A program made the position numbers and the translations under genes. A model generated the notes under the pieces. That model was not told the DNA's origin. It made no database searches and worked only from the letters and a program-made list of their open reading frames with translations. Positions 37,223 through 48,152 of a stretch of DNA of 64,000 nt are shown in pieces (positions within the stretch are counted from its first letter, which is position 1; each line of letters opens with the position of its first letter). Source of the stretch: Eledone cirrhosa (lineage: Eukaryota); NCBI GenBank assembly GCA_964016885.1, contig OZ024743.1:212970001-213034000 (forward strand). Direction: 5' to 3'.

Positions 37223-38438
37223 CAACGGAATCGGACAGCAACGAGATCATTGCATACATTAAGATATGAGACAGTGGGTAAGATAAAACAGAAAGCTGTC
37301 ATTGAAAAATACAGATCCTAAGTATCGTGTTTGATAATGTTTTCTAACCTTGGACACCACGAGACTACGAATTTGGGGGGAGCAGCATAAATCACTCCAT
37401 CTCCTCAGTACTTATTGTACCGATTTCCCCTCCTGAGTGGGCTTTGAATTCAGAACATAACTAAATACCAATATATTTTGTTGTATAACACTATCAATAA
37501 TAATAATTATATATTTTAATGGCAACATGGGATCAATGGACGAAATACAAAATCAGTTGGGGAGGAGAACTTAAATTAACTAAAAGTGGGAAATGAACAA
37601 GACAGAAATAACAATAATACGGACATAAGAACAGAACCCCGAAATAAGGAACAACACTGGGAGAATTAAAATTTCTTTTCATAATAATTATAATTATTGT
37701 TAGTTTTGCCTTTCATCTTTACTAGATCAACAAAATAAAGTACCAGTAACACACTGGGGTTGATTTAGTCGACTTCCCCTCCCCCAGAATCGTTGGCCTT
37801 GTGCCTAAATCAGAAACCATTACTGTTGTTGCTACTGCTGGTTATATAATTGATCATTTCTATAAATAGAGAGGTTTCCATGACCTAAAACCTAGATATT
37901 TAAAGTGAATTATCTTACGATATTATCTTATTATAATAGATAATTAATTATTAGCAAAATGGCAAGATAGATAAATATATATATATTGAATGTGAGGACT
38001 CGATTGATGGTTGTACACCCACCCCGCAAGTGTCAATTCTTCTTATTGTGTCAAGAAGAAATTATTGTCGTTTCATTCGGGTAGTCTTTTTTATTCTTAG
38101 TTTAAGATAGTTATAAGATATGTTTCTTTATTAGCCACAGGGGCTAAATAGTTATAAGATAGTTACCCAAACATATATCAAGTTAGATAATTAGTCTTAG
38201 TATATGTTTACGAGAGCATATACTCGAAAGCAAAATTAGATACAATATATTTATATATATGATCACAGGAAATAACCACAAGGAGCAAACAACGTGAACA
38301 AAAATGAACTGATAATAAATAAATAAACAAACTCTACACCAAATTGAAAGAAGGTGAAATGTTGAAATATATACCTTTCTCCAAATCTTCAATGTTAGAT
38401 ATAACACTGACAATTTCTTGTCCACGTAAGCTCGCCAT
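6756..38438 (-). CDS. ATP6V1H: V-type proton ATPase subunit H, complete spliced CDS (14 exons, 481 aa)
   Basis: Manually assembled exons 38375-38438, 29878-29959, 29131-29230, 28150-28239, 27229-27342, 25615-25719, 24458-24555, 24203-24313, 13604-13688, 12410-12588, 11901-12026, 9042-9143, 7858-7971, 6756-6831. All GT-AG, phases match, total 1446 nt. Diagnostic peptides [72 protein letters not shown]. Confidence 0.97.
7858..7971 (-). CDS. ATP6V1H: ATP6V1H exon 13 ([12 protein letters not shown]...VQKLMVHN)
   Basis: ttcag / gtaagt boundaries. Confidence 0.97.
9042..9143 (-). CDS. ATP6V1H: ATP6V1H exon 12 ([12 protein letters not shown]...YPRGK)
   Basis: tctag / gtaagt boundaries, AAHDxGEYVR motif. 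Confidence 0.97.
9410..11470 (+). mobile_element. 5'-truncated RTE-clade LINE (RT + PHD-like finger), frameshifted, (GAT)n tail
   Basis: ORFs 9505-10188, 10302-11123 and 11261-11452 with NYRGIKL, HQG..LSPLLF, LLYADDL, GRPRKTW. Ends GGACGTAAAATGATGATGAT. Lies in ATP6V1H intron 11. Confidence 0.92.
11472..11627 (+). mobile_element. Partial mariner-type MITE (right portion)
   Basis: Matches the 56724-56931 element and ends TTCAGCCAACCCTTGTA. A left-portion copy lies at 8519-8618. Confidence 0.7.
11901..12026 (-). CDS. ATP6V1H: ATP6V1H exon 11 ([30 protein letters not shown]...)
   Basis: ttcag / gtaagt boundaries, signature C-terminal domain motif. Confidence 0.98.
12410..12588 (-). CDS. ATP6V1H: ATP6V1H exon 10 (NLLEK...[10 protein letters not shown]...SVQDL)
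   Basis: AG/GT boundaries, 179 nt. Confidence 0.97.
13604..13688 (-). CDS. ATP6V1H: ATP6V1H exon 9 ([28 protein letters not shown])
   Basis: cttcag / gtaagt boundaries, ESVKEKV motif. Confidence 0.97.
13855..14305 (+). mobile_element. RTE LINE 3' fragment
   Basis: Homologous to 11030-11460 (ATGCTGCATGGTAGTGAAACATGGGC...). Confidence 0.85.
17192..17426 (+). repeat. 5' LTR
   Basis: Starts TGTAGT and ends ...ACTGCTAAA just before G-TGG PBS. Contains AATAAA. Confidence 0.93.
17428..17440 (+). promoter_or_regulatory. Primer binding site, tRNA-Trp-like (2-nt deletion versus TGGTGACCCCGACGT)
   Basis: TGGTGACCGACGT immediately 3' of the 5' LTR. Confidence 0.65.
18309..19088 (+). CDS. gag: Gypsy gag (259 aa)
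   Basis: [22 protein letters not shown]-rich stretch, C-terminal [16 protein letters not shown] knuckle. Confidence 0.92.
   Translation: MNVPHLPAFTGKPKMWFAQLQAYFTVCKTESDQRLAVLISGLPPNLADSVQDLITDPPPSDLTYEFLKGEILRRNCKSVESRFRSLIEDERLGDRTPTALLRHLRDLSDSQDQDSPFLKQLFFSRLPQEVQAILAHMLEVNTLDHIAVSADKIVEVTKRDTSKPKYVASSSLPQSRSSASDDKLITTMEAMTRQMAELCTEFRSFGRQRSRSRRYSTSRHRSPSNTPGTPYCYYHERYGKKAARCRPPCAYEGKDDQSH
19052..22246 (+). CDS. pol: Gypsy pol (PR-RT-RNaseH-IN), uninterrupted, -1 frame relative to gag
   Basis: LVDTGA protease, YIDDLL RT, DAS..TDHKPL..ADALS RNase H, HHCC plus D-D-E (HIDIVGP, TDRGRQF, MVERFH), GPY motif. Confidence 0.96.
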   Translation: MCLRGKRRPESLTVDSALCETTSNRHFFIEDLLSGRAFLVDTGAACSVWPVCCMKETPPETPIELQAVNCSPIRTFGQISLPLQFRNLQREFKWIFTVAALPYPILGADFLHHFSLTVDLRGKRLIDGITGLTVVGKAAGVPTVSPTFFLANTGDPFHALLNSFPQLTQGNFRFDEPTHTTEHFISTTGAPVSFRPRRLPPDKLKAARSEFDHMLQMGIIRPSTSPWASPLHMVPKANGDWRPTGDYRRLNSITVPDRYPIPHLQDFASSLQGCKIFSKLDLIRAYHQIPVHKNDIPKTAIVTPFGSFEFLTMPFGLRNAASTFQRFMDEVTRGLDFVYTYIDDLLIASSSPEQHTHHLNLLFRRLKAYNVQLNAPKCVFGAESLTFLGHIIDADGIRPRPERVKVIEDLPPPTSLRQLRQFLGLVNFYRRFVPNCAKLLFSLTEILKNCRRKNKDISLTDTQLADFQHAKTVLANASLLTHPVPGAKLTPCVDASDIAVGAVLQQNINGYQQPLEFFSKKLNPVETHYSTFGRELLAIYLAVKHFSHVLEGRQFTILTDHKPLTFALRAKADKYSPRETRHLDFISQYTSDIQHIPGSLNTAADALSCLPVTAISSSSDIDLTRLAADQPPLESLDVTSPEFANCEMKYLPLSTAVGQILCDVSLDVPRPFVPENHRRTVFLGLHCISHPGSSATAKLITARFFWPNMRREIAAWCRSCVACQRSKVHRHVKAPLGTFANPDARFSHIHIDIVGPWPVSDGFSYLLTVIDCFSRWPEAIPLKNITTETTARALVSGWISRYGVPSTITTDRGRQFESSLFLELSKLIGAKRIRTTAYHPASNGMVERFHRQLKASLMASMDSAHWSEYLPIVLLGIWSTVKVDSGFSPAEVLYGAPLTLPGQILAPIDLDAQDHASYVSRLRSYFQDLPPMDTRKQTVKTAVPRDIASWTHVFVRNDTVKPPLTQPYTGPYRVLARSAKHFTLDIKGSRETVTIDRLEQAHLDTDAVVPDPRTPSYLPVERTPVPEPPSSPVPTPPPSPRYKTTTLSGRRVHWPKKFCSTVYI
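22491..22722 (+). repeat. 3' LTR (terminal bases missing)
   Basis: Matches the 5' LTR to ...ACTGCT, then switches to RTE sequence. Confidence 0.93.
23921..24041 (-). mobile_element. tRNA-derived SINE copy (octopus OR/OK-like family)
   Basis: Family consensus ...GAGTTCAAATCCCGCCGAGGTTGACTTTGCCTTTCATCC...GTAGAAACAATT, recurring many times in the window. Confidence 0.8.
24203..24313 (-). CDS. ATP6V1H: ATP6V1H exon 8 ([23 protein letters not shown]...)
   Basis: ttccag / gtaggt boundaries, GFQxQYQ motif. Confidence 0.96.
24458..24555 (-). CDS. ATP6V1H: ATP6V1H exon 7 ([17 protein letters not shown]...DGIS)
   Basis: ttcag / gtaagt boundaries, CLQMMLR motif. Confidence 0.96.
24845..25470 (-). mobile_element. 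Degenerate CR1/L2/Jockey-group LINE fragment
   Basis: Remnants [16 protein letters not shown] and [15 protein letters not shown]-type sequence. Confidence 0.6.
25615..25719 (-). CDS. ATP6V1H: ATP6V1H exon 6 ([14 protein letters not shown]...LKLP)
   Basis: tgtag / gtaagt boundaries, RIIAK..WGKE motif. Confidence 0.96.
27229..27342 (-). CDS. ATP6V1H: ATP6V1H exon 5 (EDKSYVEIF...[12 protein letters not shown])
   Basis: ttccag / gtgagc boundaries, 114 nt. Confidence 0.95.
27699..27865 (-). mobile_element. tRNA-derived SINE copy (same family)
   Basis: Near full-length reverse copy. Others at 5145-5285(-), 30258-30370(-) and 37704-37820(+). Confidence 0.8.
27960..28062 (-). mobile_element. CORE-type tRNA SINE 5' part
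   Basis: Reverse of a tRNA head with B-box GTTCAATTCC followed by TTGAGCAAGACACTT. Similar pieces at 30915-31030, 34190-34300 and 55815-55905. Confidence 0.6.
28150..28239 (-). CDS. ATP6V1H: ATP6V1H exon 4 ([30 protein letters not shown])
   Basis: AG/GT boundaries, 90 nt, conserved TFINLM..QYILT..DD. Confidence 0.96.
29131..29230 (-). CDS. ATP6V1H: ATP6V1H exon 3 ([16 protein letters not shown]...PMQ)
   Basis: AG/GT boundaries, GQMIS motif. Confidence 0.95.
29878..29959 (-). CDS. ATP6V1H: ATP6V1H exon 2 ([26 protein letters not shown])
   Basis: ttttag acceptor, gtaagt donor, matches the conserved RANKVNWQSYLQ segment. Confidence 0.95.
31243..31405 (-). mobile_element. Short copy of the RTE-associated 3' domain and tail
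   Basis: Nearly identical to 14329-14468. Related copies at 2975-3080, 8740-9000, 13300-13540 and 31660-31910. Confidence 0.8.
31950..32840 (-). mobile_element. Deleted and degenerate RTE LINE fragment
   Basis: [22 protein letters not shown] and RVIWWWN remnants. Confidence 0.8.
33826..34075 (-). mobile_element. CRE-like non-LTR element C-terminal (REL) fragment
   Basis: Encodes ...[20 protein letters not shown], homologous to 62060-62280. Confidence 0.6.
34768..35732 (+). mobile_element. L1/Tx1-clade LINE 3' fragment
   Basis: [19 protein letters not shown] zinc knuckle, 3' end GGCTAATAAATGAAAT. Reverse 3' ends at ~38120, 61535-61810 and 62355-62460. Confidence 0.7.
35752..35942 (+). mobile_element. 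tRNA-derived SINE, near full length
   Basis: GGCGGTAGATTGGCAG head, B-box GTTCAAATCC, tail GAAACAATTATT. Confidence 0.8.
36833..37153. repeat. Long foldback palindrome (~145-bp arms, 28-nt spacer) in ATP6V1H intron 1
   Basis: 36833-36977 is near-perfectly reverse-complementary to 37006-37153. Confidence 0.92.
38375..38438 (-). CDS. ATP6V1H: ATP6V1H coding exon 1 ([21 protein letters not shown])
   Basis: aaacATGG start context, AAAG|gtatat donor, phase 1 matches exon 2. Assigned by phase and position; the N-terminus is poorly conserved. Confidence 0.8.
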
Positions 38439-38635
38439 GTTTACTTAATTTCACGAATTCTTCTACTTACAGTTAATCGTATTAGGGTTTTTAAAAGTAC
38501 TAATCGATGTGTGTAGTCTTTATGTTGATGTATGTATATCTTTAGCCATACACAATTATATATTAGCAAGTGAGCGAAAATATCATAACTGTAACGTAAA
38601 TAAGACTATTGAATTTATAGCAGTCGAGTCACTGA

Positions 38636-38692
38636 TCATGTGAACTGTTTTGATCCGGAAGTAATAACTATTCTTACCTTTAACTACCGCCC
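38636..38692 (-). promoter_or_regulatory. Putative ATP6V1H proximal promoter: M-box/CLEAR-like TCATGTGA, ETS site CCGGAAGT, GC box CCGCCC
   Basis: TCATGTGA 38636-38643, CCGGAAGT 38655-38662 and CCGCCC 38687-38692 cluster about 200-250 bp upstream of the ATG in otherwise AT-rich DNA. Confidence 0.55.
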
Positions 38693-40121
38693 ACATTCAA
38701 CTTTATTATTTTTATTAAAATATTTAATTACTTTTTATATTAGCTCATGTCAAATATTATTTCTAAATTCTTTTATTTTTTAGAATGAGTTTCTAATAAG
38801 TCAATTAATTCTTTTAAAAACAACTCACATTTTATTTATCATAGTTGTTTTTTTGTATCTATGCAACACTATTAAGATAAAATACTTTACTGTTATATTT
38901 ACTGTCATCCAGCGCTAAAAACAAATAAATTAAAATCATTCCAGGGTCGACTTTGCTCTTTAACTAATATCTGCAAGGTCAATAAGATAAATAGTTAGTT
39001 ACACCCTGAGATTGGATCAACAGACTTTTCTATTTTGGGGAATTTGAAAATATTGTTTACAAAATAATCAATTAAATATCACATTTATCTCCCTTAGTAA
39101 ATATTGTGTAGAGAGGGATTGTCTCCCTTGAAAATAAATTAAAGTCGGAGAATGGATTTGTGTGGGGGGGGGGGGGGGGATGAAAGAATGTAATTTATTT
39201 CTAGGATAAAATTACATAAAAATAATAAAGAATTTAATGTTTAGTCAAACATAAATGAAAAGAAAGTAGCATTGCAAAATACTATAAATGCTATAAATGA
39301 AAAGGAAAAGAGGAAAAGAGCAAGGGATATTAAGAAAGGAAAGAAAGAAAGAAGGAAGTCACAGTGATGCTTCGGTTGCTCCCTGCGGACAATGACCAGC
39401 AATACCCACTGCAACAGTCACCCCATATATAAAAGAAACTAATGTGACAAATTTATGTCTGTTCATTATGTATCCGTTCATTAAACATTTTAAGCTGTTA
39501 AATAGACTTGATAACGAAACATGGATACATGAACTATATATAATTGTGTGTGTGTGTGAATTATTAACCCTTTCGTCGGATGACTGCCATCCTATTCTTG
39601 CCCTTCAAGAAAATCACCGCATCCCTGACTAACATTACTCCACCCACCAACACCATATAGTCGTTGACACTTATGCGTTTGAACATAGATTTTTACTGAT
39701 CCCTAGCCGTTTTTAATTATGACACTTTTTCAAAATAAATAAATGAATGTATTTAAATAAATAGTTAATTTAAAAATGTTATGATCGTAAAGGACTTTTC
39801 ATATTGCTTTAAAATATTTTCTTTTGTTTTAAAAACAATATAACAAGTATTAAAAAAAAAAACAATAATAAGGAATTTTAATCCAATGTAATGTAAAAAT
39901 TGTATTCATATATTAATTAGATGAATAAATAACACGAATCTTGTGATAACTGTATTTGTTTTTAAAATAACGAACTTAATGAAAACATTTGTTTTGCACT
40001 GTTTAACTTTCTGGAAATTGAATATGCTGCTGTTTCAATTTATTAAAAATATAAATGTAATGACAAATGCAAACAAAATATATTTACATACAAAAAATAC
40101 CTTTAATAATTACTAATTATA

Positions 40122-40123
<2 letters not shown>

Positions 40124-40200
<77 letters not shown>
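40124..40200 (+). repeat. (GA)n microsatellite
   Basis: Pure GA tract. (CA)n at 6580-6662. Confidence 0.95.
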
Positions 40201-40203
<3 letters not shown>

Positions 40204-40385
40204 GAGACAGAGAGGGGGGGAGATAGAATGGGGGAGGGGCAGCTGTAAATTCCTTAACAAAAGATTCTGAATGTCTGATGTTTAAAACATTAAAATCCAG
40301 AGATCATTATATTTTTTTAATGCATAAAAAACTTAAGGGGCGGGTGTAAAACATCACACTTAAAAGAAAAAATGCACACACACAC

Positions 40386-40416
<31 letters not shown>

Positions 40417-40750
40417 CGTGCGTGTATGCATATATGTATGTATGTATGTATGATGTATGTTTGTATGTATGCATGTATGCATATATGCATGTATGTATGT
40501 TCTTCTGGTTTTATAATTTCACAAAGTTTTACCAATAGAGAGAGAGTCGGTTTCTAACATTGACACAAGACTCTCATTGGAATTTACACAACATCAACTA
40601 GGTAGATATGTATGTATGCATGCATGTGTAGGTATGGATGTTATTGTATGTGTGGATGTGTATATTTTGAGTTGTATGTGTGCATGTGTATATGCTTTGT
40701 ATCTGTACATGTGTATATGCTTTGTATCTGTACATGTGTATATGCAGTTA

Positions 40751-43700
40751 TTAGATGCAACATTTTTGGAATGTTTTACATATTTTTATTGTTCCATTAA
40801 TGGATTGTACTTGTAGTTTCCTAACTAGTTGTGTTCTTTCTGTTCCTGTGAAGCCTAGCTTCTCAAGATTTGTATTGAGGCAGTTACTAACATATCCCAA
40901 TGCCCCAATAATCACAGGCATAAATCTGAAGGTGTAATCAGGGTGGAGTATCTGCAGATTTCTCATCAGTTCTGCATAAATATTTTCCTTTTCACTAATC
41001 TTTGATATTATATTGGCATCTGCTGGGCAGCTAATTTCTACTACTGTGCATGTTTTCTTCTCCCTGTCCCATATCATAATATCTGGTCTGTTATGCCTGC
41101 ATTTTATTGGGGGTTTTTACTGGAACATTCCACCAGTACTCTTTCATATTATGTACATGGATGTCTTCCACATTGTTGTAGCTTTTAATGTGTTTATTAT
41201 CGGGGCTATCTTTTTTACGAACTGCATTGTACAGTGTTTTGGCCACTACATCATGCCTCATAGGTAGATAGTACCGCGATGACATCTTTGGGCAGCTGCT
41301 GATGACATGGGTGATATCCTCGATGTTAGTTCTGCAGAGTCTGCACTTGTTATCACATCTAGGTGTTTTGCCTGCATCCCTATCTCTTTTGTGAATCAGG
41401 TATTTCGTGCTAATCTCCTGTTCTTGGATTGCAAAAGCGTATCCTTCAAAGTGGGAGCCAATATAGTGGTTGTTGGTCCAAGATAGACTACTTTCCTTAT
41501 CTATATTATTCTCACTCTGGAGCTTCCTGGCAACATATCCATGCATGATTTTTTGCTGATAGGCATGCAGTTTTTCATCCATGGATTCACTGCGATACTG
41601 CTGAGCGACATCCCTGGGTGTGAGTTTTTGATTATCACACAGGGAATATCTCTGAAGGAGTTCCCTCCCAACTCTCATGATCTTATCTGTTTCATACAGA
41701 TAGACTTGCTCGAGAAGCGGGCTCCTATGCTTCGAGGTTCGTAGATGTTGTCGGAGAGATATGATGCGACATTCAAATGTTGTCTGGACTGATGTTAGGC
41801 CTCTGCCTCCCTGCTTACGTTTCAAGTAAAGGCGGTCTATATCACTGTTGATGTGGAAGTTTCCGGTGTTGTTCAGTATTTTTCGAGTTCCAACATCAAC
41901 TGCTCGGATTTCGTCTATCGTCCAATTGAGTATTCCAAACGTTGGTGTTAGGACAGGCACAGCAAACACATTGTGAGCCACTGTTTTGTTTTGCGCAGAG
42001 AGTTCCGATGACCAGATCTTTCTTAATCGGGTGTAGTATTCCCTGGTTACGCGTTCTTTATTACAGATACCATTATAGGATATGTTCTCATCTATCCCCA
42101 GGTATCTGTAGCAGTCTTCATCAGATATCGGTGAAACAGTTAGACCATTGATGACAATGTTGCTAGATTGGGTTGTTGTTTTTCCCCGCTTTACAGTCAT
42201 GTATGAGCATTTATCTTGGCCAAACTCCATTCCTATATCCTTTGAGAACGTTGTAACCAGGTCAAGATTTTTCTTCATCCCATCCATGTTCTTGGCATAG
42301 AGTTTCAGATCGTCCACAAAGAAGTTATGGGTTAGGTTCCTATTTCTGTCCTCCTGTGAGCCAATGATGTATCCCTCACATTTCTTGAGCAGAAAGGACA
42401 AGGGGTTTAATGACAAGATGAACAATATCACAGAGACACTGTCCCCCTGAAATATACCCCTGCAATATTTTATTTTATCAGTGAAAATAGAGTCCTCCCT
42501 CTCTGTCTTTAATCTTAGGATAGTAGCCCAAGAAGAAGACAGCCTCTCTATGGCTCTGACAATAATGTCTGGGACTTTAGCAAGTTGGAGGGCCTCTATC
42601 ATCCAAGAGTGGGGAACAGAATCGAAAGCTTTCTTGTAGTTCAGCTAGACTATAGTCATATTTCTCCTAAGTTGTCGCACCTCCGACATCGCAGTTTTGT
42701 TGATTAGGAGTTGTTCAGCACATCCCCAAACCCTTTTCTTTCCAGCTGCTTGTTCATCTGTGATGATATTATTATTTTCACAGTGATCTTGGAGGAATAG
42801 GTTCAGGCAGGCTGTATACATCTTATACATCAGGTTCTGGCATGCAATGGGTCGGTAGATTTTTGCCAAGTGGGTGTCTTTGTTCTTGGGGACCAGTAAC
42901 GTTTGTGCTAATGTCAACCATTCTGGTATAAGTGTATCTCCCTTAAGAACTTGTTGGTAGAGGTCAGTAAGATACCTCCAATAGAATATTAGTTTTTTGT
43001 ACCAGTAGCCGACAATCATGTCTCTTCCTGGTATTTTCTTATCTTGGAGTTTTCCTATCACAGTCTCAAGGGTACCCTCACTTATTTCGTATGTTTTTGT
43101 TGTAGTGTAGGAGCAATAGTTCTTTCTGATTTCTCTTAGCCACACTTCATCTTGGTTGAAATTCTTCTTTTCATCCCATATTTTTCTCCAATAGGAATCT
43201 ATGTCTCTCAGTGACACTTATTATTTTGCCCTTCATATCTCTATAGACTGATGTTTGGTTTCGTCTGAATCTTTTATTAAGCATTTTTCTCTCATCTACC
43301 TTCTTCAAGTATCGGCGTTTTTCGCTAACAGCTCTCAATTCTTGTTTGAGGGTGATCAGCTTATATTGGAGAGTTCTGGTTCTACTGTTACCAAACATCG
43401 TCTTTATTTTATTTTTCACTCTTTGTTGGTGAGGAGTGAGGTTTTTTTGTGTTCGTTTGCATGTACGGAGCATTGTCACATGTCCTATGTTTTTTCGTAG
43501 GTCAGCACTCTTTTTTTCTATTTTAGTTATATATGATGGTATTTTTGGTGGTGTTTTGTTCTTGTTAATATCTCTGCTATCACCAAGATAATGCTTCACT
43601 GTCTTTGCTAAGGCATATAAACAGGCATTGATTTGCCAAAATGTTGGGGTTTTTATCCGTCGTAAATATTCATCCCCTATTTCGTCAATAACACGTAGTA

Positions 43701-44650
43701 TTTCATTATTTGTTTTTTTATTCACCATTGTCATTTTAACAGTTTCAGCCAGAGAGATATTTATACATGAGTTAATCTCTCTCTGGAAGATTTCGTTGAT
43801 GGAAATTTTCAATTGTTTATACTTTTTATTATCATTATCGATAGTATTTTCCACAACAGTCGAGGTAGACTCGGATGGTATACGTGGTGTCACATTTATT
43901 CGATTATTATTATTATTTCTTCGATTATTATTATGAAAGGCAAAGTCAACCTCAAATCCCGCCGAGGTTGACTTTGCCTTTCATCCTTACGGGGTCGATA
44001 AAATAAAGTACCAGTAATGCACTGGATAATTGCTGGCCTTGTGCCTAAAGGAGAAACAATTATTATTATTATCGATAGTGTTTTCCCCAGCATTCGAGGT
44101 AGACTTAGATAGTACAGGTGGTGTCAAGTTTCTTACAGGCATAGTTGTTTCAAGGCGCTGTTCGACCTGGCTGCTAGGAAGTCTAGTAGCATGGCGATCT
44201 GTAGCACGTGTTGTTGATTCCATGTTTGTTGTGGGGGACTTACAATTAATAAAATCATTATTAAGTTCGCAACTCCAAGAGAAATGCGATTTATAATTTC
44301 GGTTTCTTCTGTAGCTACAACTGAATAAAGTTTGATTACCTTCTTTGTTATTTGTCTTCGATACTTCCTTAATTTTCTTGTTGATGTTGTGTTCAACCAT
44401 GCTGTTTGTAGCAAATCCTTGTAAAATGAATTATGTATTTAGTCGGATATCTCTACGAATTCGAATAAAAGGTGTCTTCAGAAGGGATAGTTAGAAGAAT
44501 AACCAGTTATTCAACCTGGCTGTAGTTGTGGCATTACTGTCGGAGATAGTATTCATCTTAAATTTAATAAATAGTCTCCCACTCCAAAATATGCGACTGA
44601 TCGCGTTGACTGATATGTATGTTTTCTCTTTCTCTTAATTTCGAGTATAT
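40751..44650 (-). mobile_element. R4/Dong-like non-LTR retrotransposon A (RT + CCHC + REL endonuclease), frameshifted
   Basis: YRPIACQN, GIFQGDS, FFVDDLKLY, CRLC..H...C, RHD, PD..VVEISCP. SINE inserted at ~43935-44065. Confidence 0.88.
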
Positions 44651-44654
44651 TTTT

Positions 44655-47415
44655 TTGACCGGCCACCTTCCTGGTGGCAAGGTTGTAAAAGAAAAGAAAT
44701 TGTCATCCCTTGAATCGCAAGAATGTTTTGCAAATTTTGAAGGTGCCAGCTATCGCAGCCATTTGTAGACTATGAATTAGGGAGCTGCGCTTTTTGTCCG
44801 CAAATCCAAGTTCAGTCATACTTTGGTCCAAGCGGGTTGGTATATAACCCGTAGCACCAATAATGATGGGTATGAAGCTAAAGGTGTATCTTGGATACTG
44901 GATTTGTAAACTCCTCATCATAGATGTCCTCCTTCTCCTGTATTTTTCTGACAACGTTTACATCAAGTGGGCAGCTGATCTCCACAACAGAACACGTTTT
45001 CAATGTGTGGTCCCAAACTACAATATCAGGCCGGTTGTGCTTTAATTTGGTGGCAGTTTTTATTTTCAGGTTCCACCAGTATTCCTTAGTGCCATCTGTC
45101 TCAATATATTCTTCCTCGTTTGTTGTTGATTTTGTTTTCCGAAGTGCGTTCCAGATGGTTCTAGCTATCCCATCGTGTCTCATGGGGAGGTAGTAGCGAG
45201 ATGACATTCTTTCGCAGCTGGCAACAATGTGGCTTACATCCTCGATCTTTGTTTTACATAGCCTACATTTATTGTCAGCTGCTGGCCCTCCTCTTTTGTG
45301 CAGCAGATATTTGGTAGGGAGTTCTTGTTCCTGTATTGCATAGAGATATCCCTCAAGGTGTGATGTCATAAACTTGTCGGAACTCCATGCCAGGCTTTTT
45401 GAGTGGTTTATCCCCTCTATGGTCTGTGTTTTACGCCTCAAGTATCCATGCACAACTTTTTCTGTAAATTGGTCAATTTTTTTATCTTGTTTGAACATTG
45501 AATAGGATCTTCCGATTTCTCTGGGTGAGAGATTTATATCAGGCTTTATTCCATATCTCTCCTCCAGATCAGTCGCTATTCTAATGATATTTCATTTTTC
45601 ATGGTCATAAACCTGGGCAAGATGGTTGCCAACCTTTTTCCTCTGTTGAGGGTGTTGCTTCAGTGTTACTATCCGGGTCTCATATGTTGTTAATATTGAT
45701 TTTAGACCCCGGCCACCTTCCTTGCGTGAGAAGTATAGCCTATCCACATCACCATTGATGTTAAATTCCCAGTAACACTGAGAAGTTTTCGAGTTCTAAC
45801 ATACATCTCACTTAGTTCTTGCAATGACCAGTTCAGTAGGCCAAATGTTGGCGTTAGAATTGGCACAGCATAAGTATTGTGGGCAATGTATTTGTTGTAT
45901 GCTGACAGTTCTGATGACCATATTTTCTTTACTCTTCTGAGGTATTCAGTTCTGGTTCTCTCCTTATTTATGGGTCCATCATATCTGACATTCTCATCCT
46001 GTCCAAGATATCTGGAGTTGTCACCTGACTGCAGAGGTTGTATTGTCAGGCCGTTCATCTCTAGATTTCTAGAGGAGGGCACAGCTCTTCCACGTTTTAC
46101 TGCCAAATATGCACACTTGGACTCACCAAATTTCATTTTGATGTCGGTTGAAAATTGTGTAATGAGGTCCAATTGTTTCTTGATGTCATTGATATTTGGC
46201 CCATACAACTTCAGGTCATCAACAAAGAAAAGATGGGAGATACTTCTGGTCCCACTTCTTTGTCGACCTTGTTTCCTGAGTAGGTAAGATAGTGGATTCA
46301 GTGAGAGAACGAAGAGTAGCACTGACAAGCTATCACCCTGAAAGATGCCCTTCTGGTAATGTATCTTATCAGTCTTAACCTGCTCCTTCTCACCTCTAAG
46401 GATCAAACTGGTGTACCAGTTCTTGGTCAGGCGTTCAACAGCAGCTACCAATGGTTGTGGGACTTTAGCTAACTATAAAGCCTTAACAATCCACCCATGA
46501 GGTACACTATCAAATGCTTTTTGATAGTCCAGCCACACGACAGTCATGTTTCTGCGATTCTTTGTTGTTTTTTCCTGAATCATTTTGTTAGTTAGTAGGT
46601 GATCTATGCAACCCCACACCCCCCTCTTTCCACCAGCTTGCTCAGGTGTTATGATGTTGTTGGTAGCACAGTGATCCTGTAAGAACAGGTTAAGGCACCC
46701 AGTATATAATTTATACATGATGTTTTGGCAGGCAATTGGGCGGTAATTTTTAGCAAGGGTGGTTTGGCTATTTTTGGGAATGAGGAGAGTAGAGGCAGTT
46801 GATAACCATCTGGGCAGTTCTTGTGTGCCCTTAATGGTTTCTGTAAACAGCCGTATGAGATCTTGCCGATAGAAAGTGAAATTCTTCAACCAGTATCCTG
46901 TAATGAGGTCTGGGCCTGGCGATTTCCTATTCGACATTTTCTGTAGAGCTGTTTCCAGTATTGACCCATCTATGTCATATTGTTTTGTCTGGACATGTTG
47001 GCAGTAGTCCTGTTCCAGTTCTTTTAGCCAATTAGCTTGTCTGTTGAATCTGTCATCCGTTTCCCATACAGATCTCCAGTAGCTCTCAACCTGTTCTTTT
47101 GAAGGGGTGTCATTTACAGAGATTGAGCTTTTGCCACCGAAGCTGCGATAAACTGATTTAGGATCTCTGGCAAACAATCTATTTAGCACTTGTCGTTTAT
47201 GTGCTGTTGACTTATATTTTAGTCTTTCTGTTGTAGCTGTGAGTTGTTGTTTCAACTGGTGTAATTTGTAGTTCAAAGTTTTAAATTTTGTATCTCCAAA
47301 TCGTCTCTCTAACTTTTTCTTTAGGTCTTCCTGGTGTCGTGTGAAGTTGCTCTCTATGTTGCATTTCATAACGACTGCGATGTGTGAGACACTTCGTCTC
47401 AGGGACAAAATTTTG
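44655..47415 (-). mobile_element. R4/Dong-like non-LTR retrotransposon B (divergent family, 5' end lost)
   Basis: NYRPIACQN, GIFQGDSLS, FFVDDLKLY, CRLC..RHD..RPDIVVWD..VVEISCP. Stop at 44703, then a short 3' UTR and A-run. Confidence 0.88.
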
Positions 47416-47516
47416 TGTGTATGTATGTATGTATGTATGTATGTATGTATGTATGTATGTATGTATGTATGTATGTATGTATGTATGTATGTATGTATGT
47501 ATGTATGTATGTATGT

Positions 47517-48075
47517 CTCATGGTCGGGTCGTTGGCGACTAAACTGGCAACCCCACCAAGGTTTCTTGGTGAGGCGGGTGACTTTGGACATCCTGCAGGA
47601 CTAAAAACAAAACCTGTCAAAGAGCAAAGGAACTCTTAAGAGTCAATGGCCATCCAAAATCACCGGGAGAGATGACCTCTTAGCCTTTGTCAAAGCAGAA
47701 TTCTAGGAGAAGGAAAACTCTGCTATAACACCTGCAACCCTAATGGTATCCAATGATGTTGACTTGTTCTTCTTTTTGGTAAATATCATCTTGGTTAAGA
47801 GAGTGGGACTGGCTTTGTGCAGTGCCTTTGCTCACTATAAAAGCTTCACGGCACAGGCATTGCTTTATAACTGGAGATCTCTCTGCACTTGTCGTCACAT
47901 GGTACCATGGGCCCAGCACTATGTGTCAATAATTGTCACAAGTGTAGTGTTTGTACCAGAGTTTTCAAGTCGCTGACTGGACTAAAAAGTCACACTCGTT
48001 CAGCGCATCGGTAGGGGTTCTGCTACATGGATATAAAGTAGTGGCCGTACTCGAAAACGAGTTGGCAGCCACCAT
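47517..48075 (+). mobile_element. Bipartite non-autonomous RTE derivative, copy 1 (5'-truncated)
   Basis: Near-identical to 48203-48762 (offset 686). Followed by (TATG)n. Confidence 0.8.
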
Positions 48076-48152
48076 GTATGTATGTATGTATGTATGTATG
48101 TATGTATGTATGTATGTATGTATGTATGTATGTATGTATGTATGTATGTATG

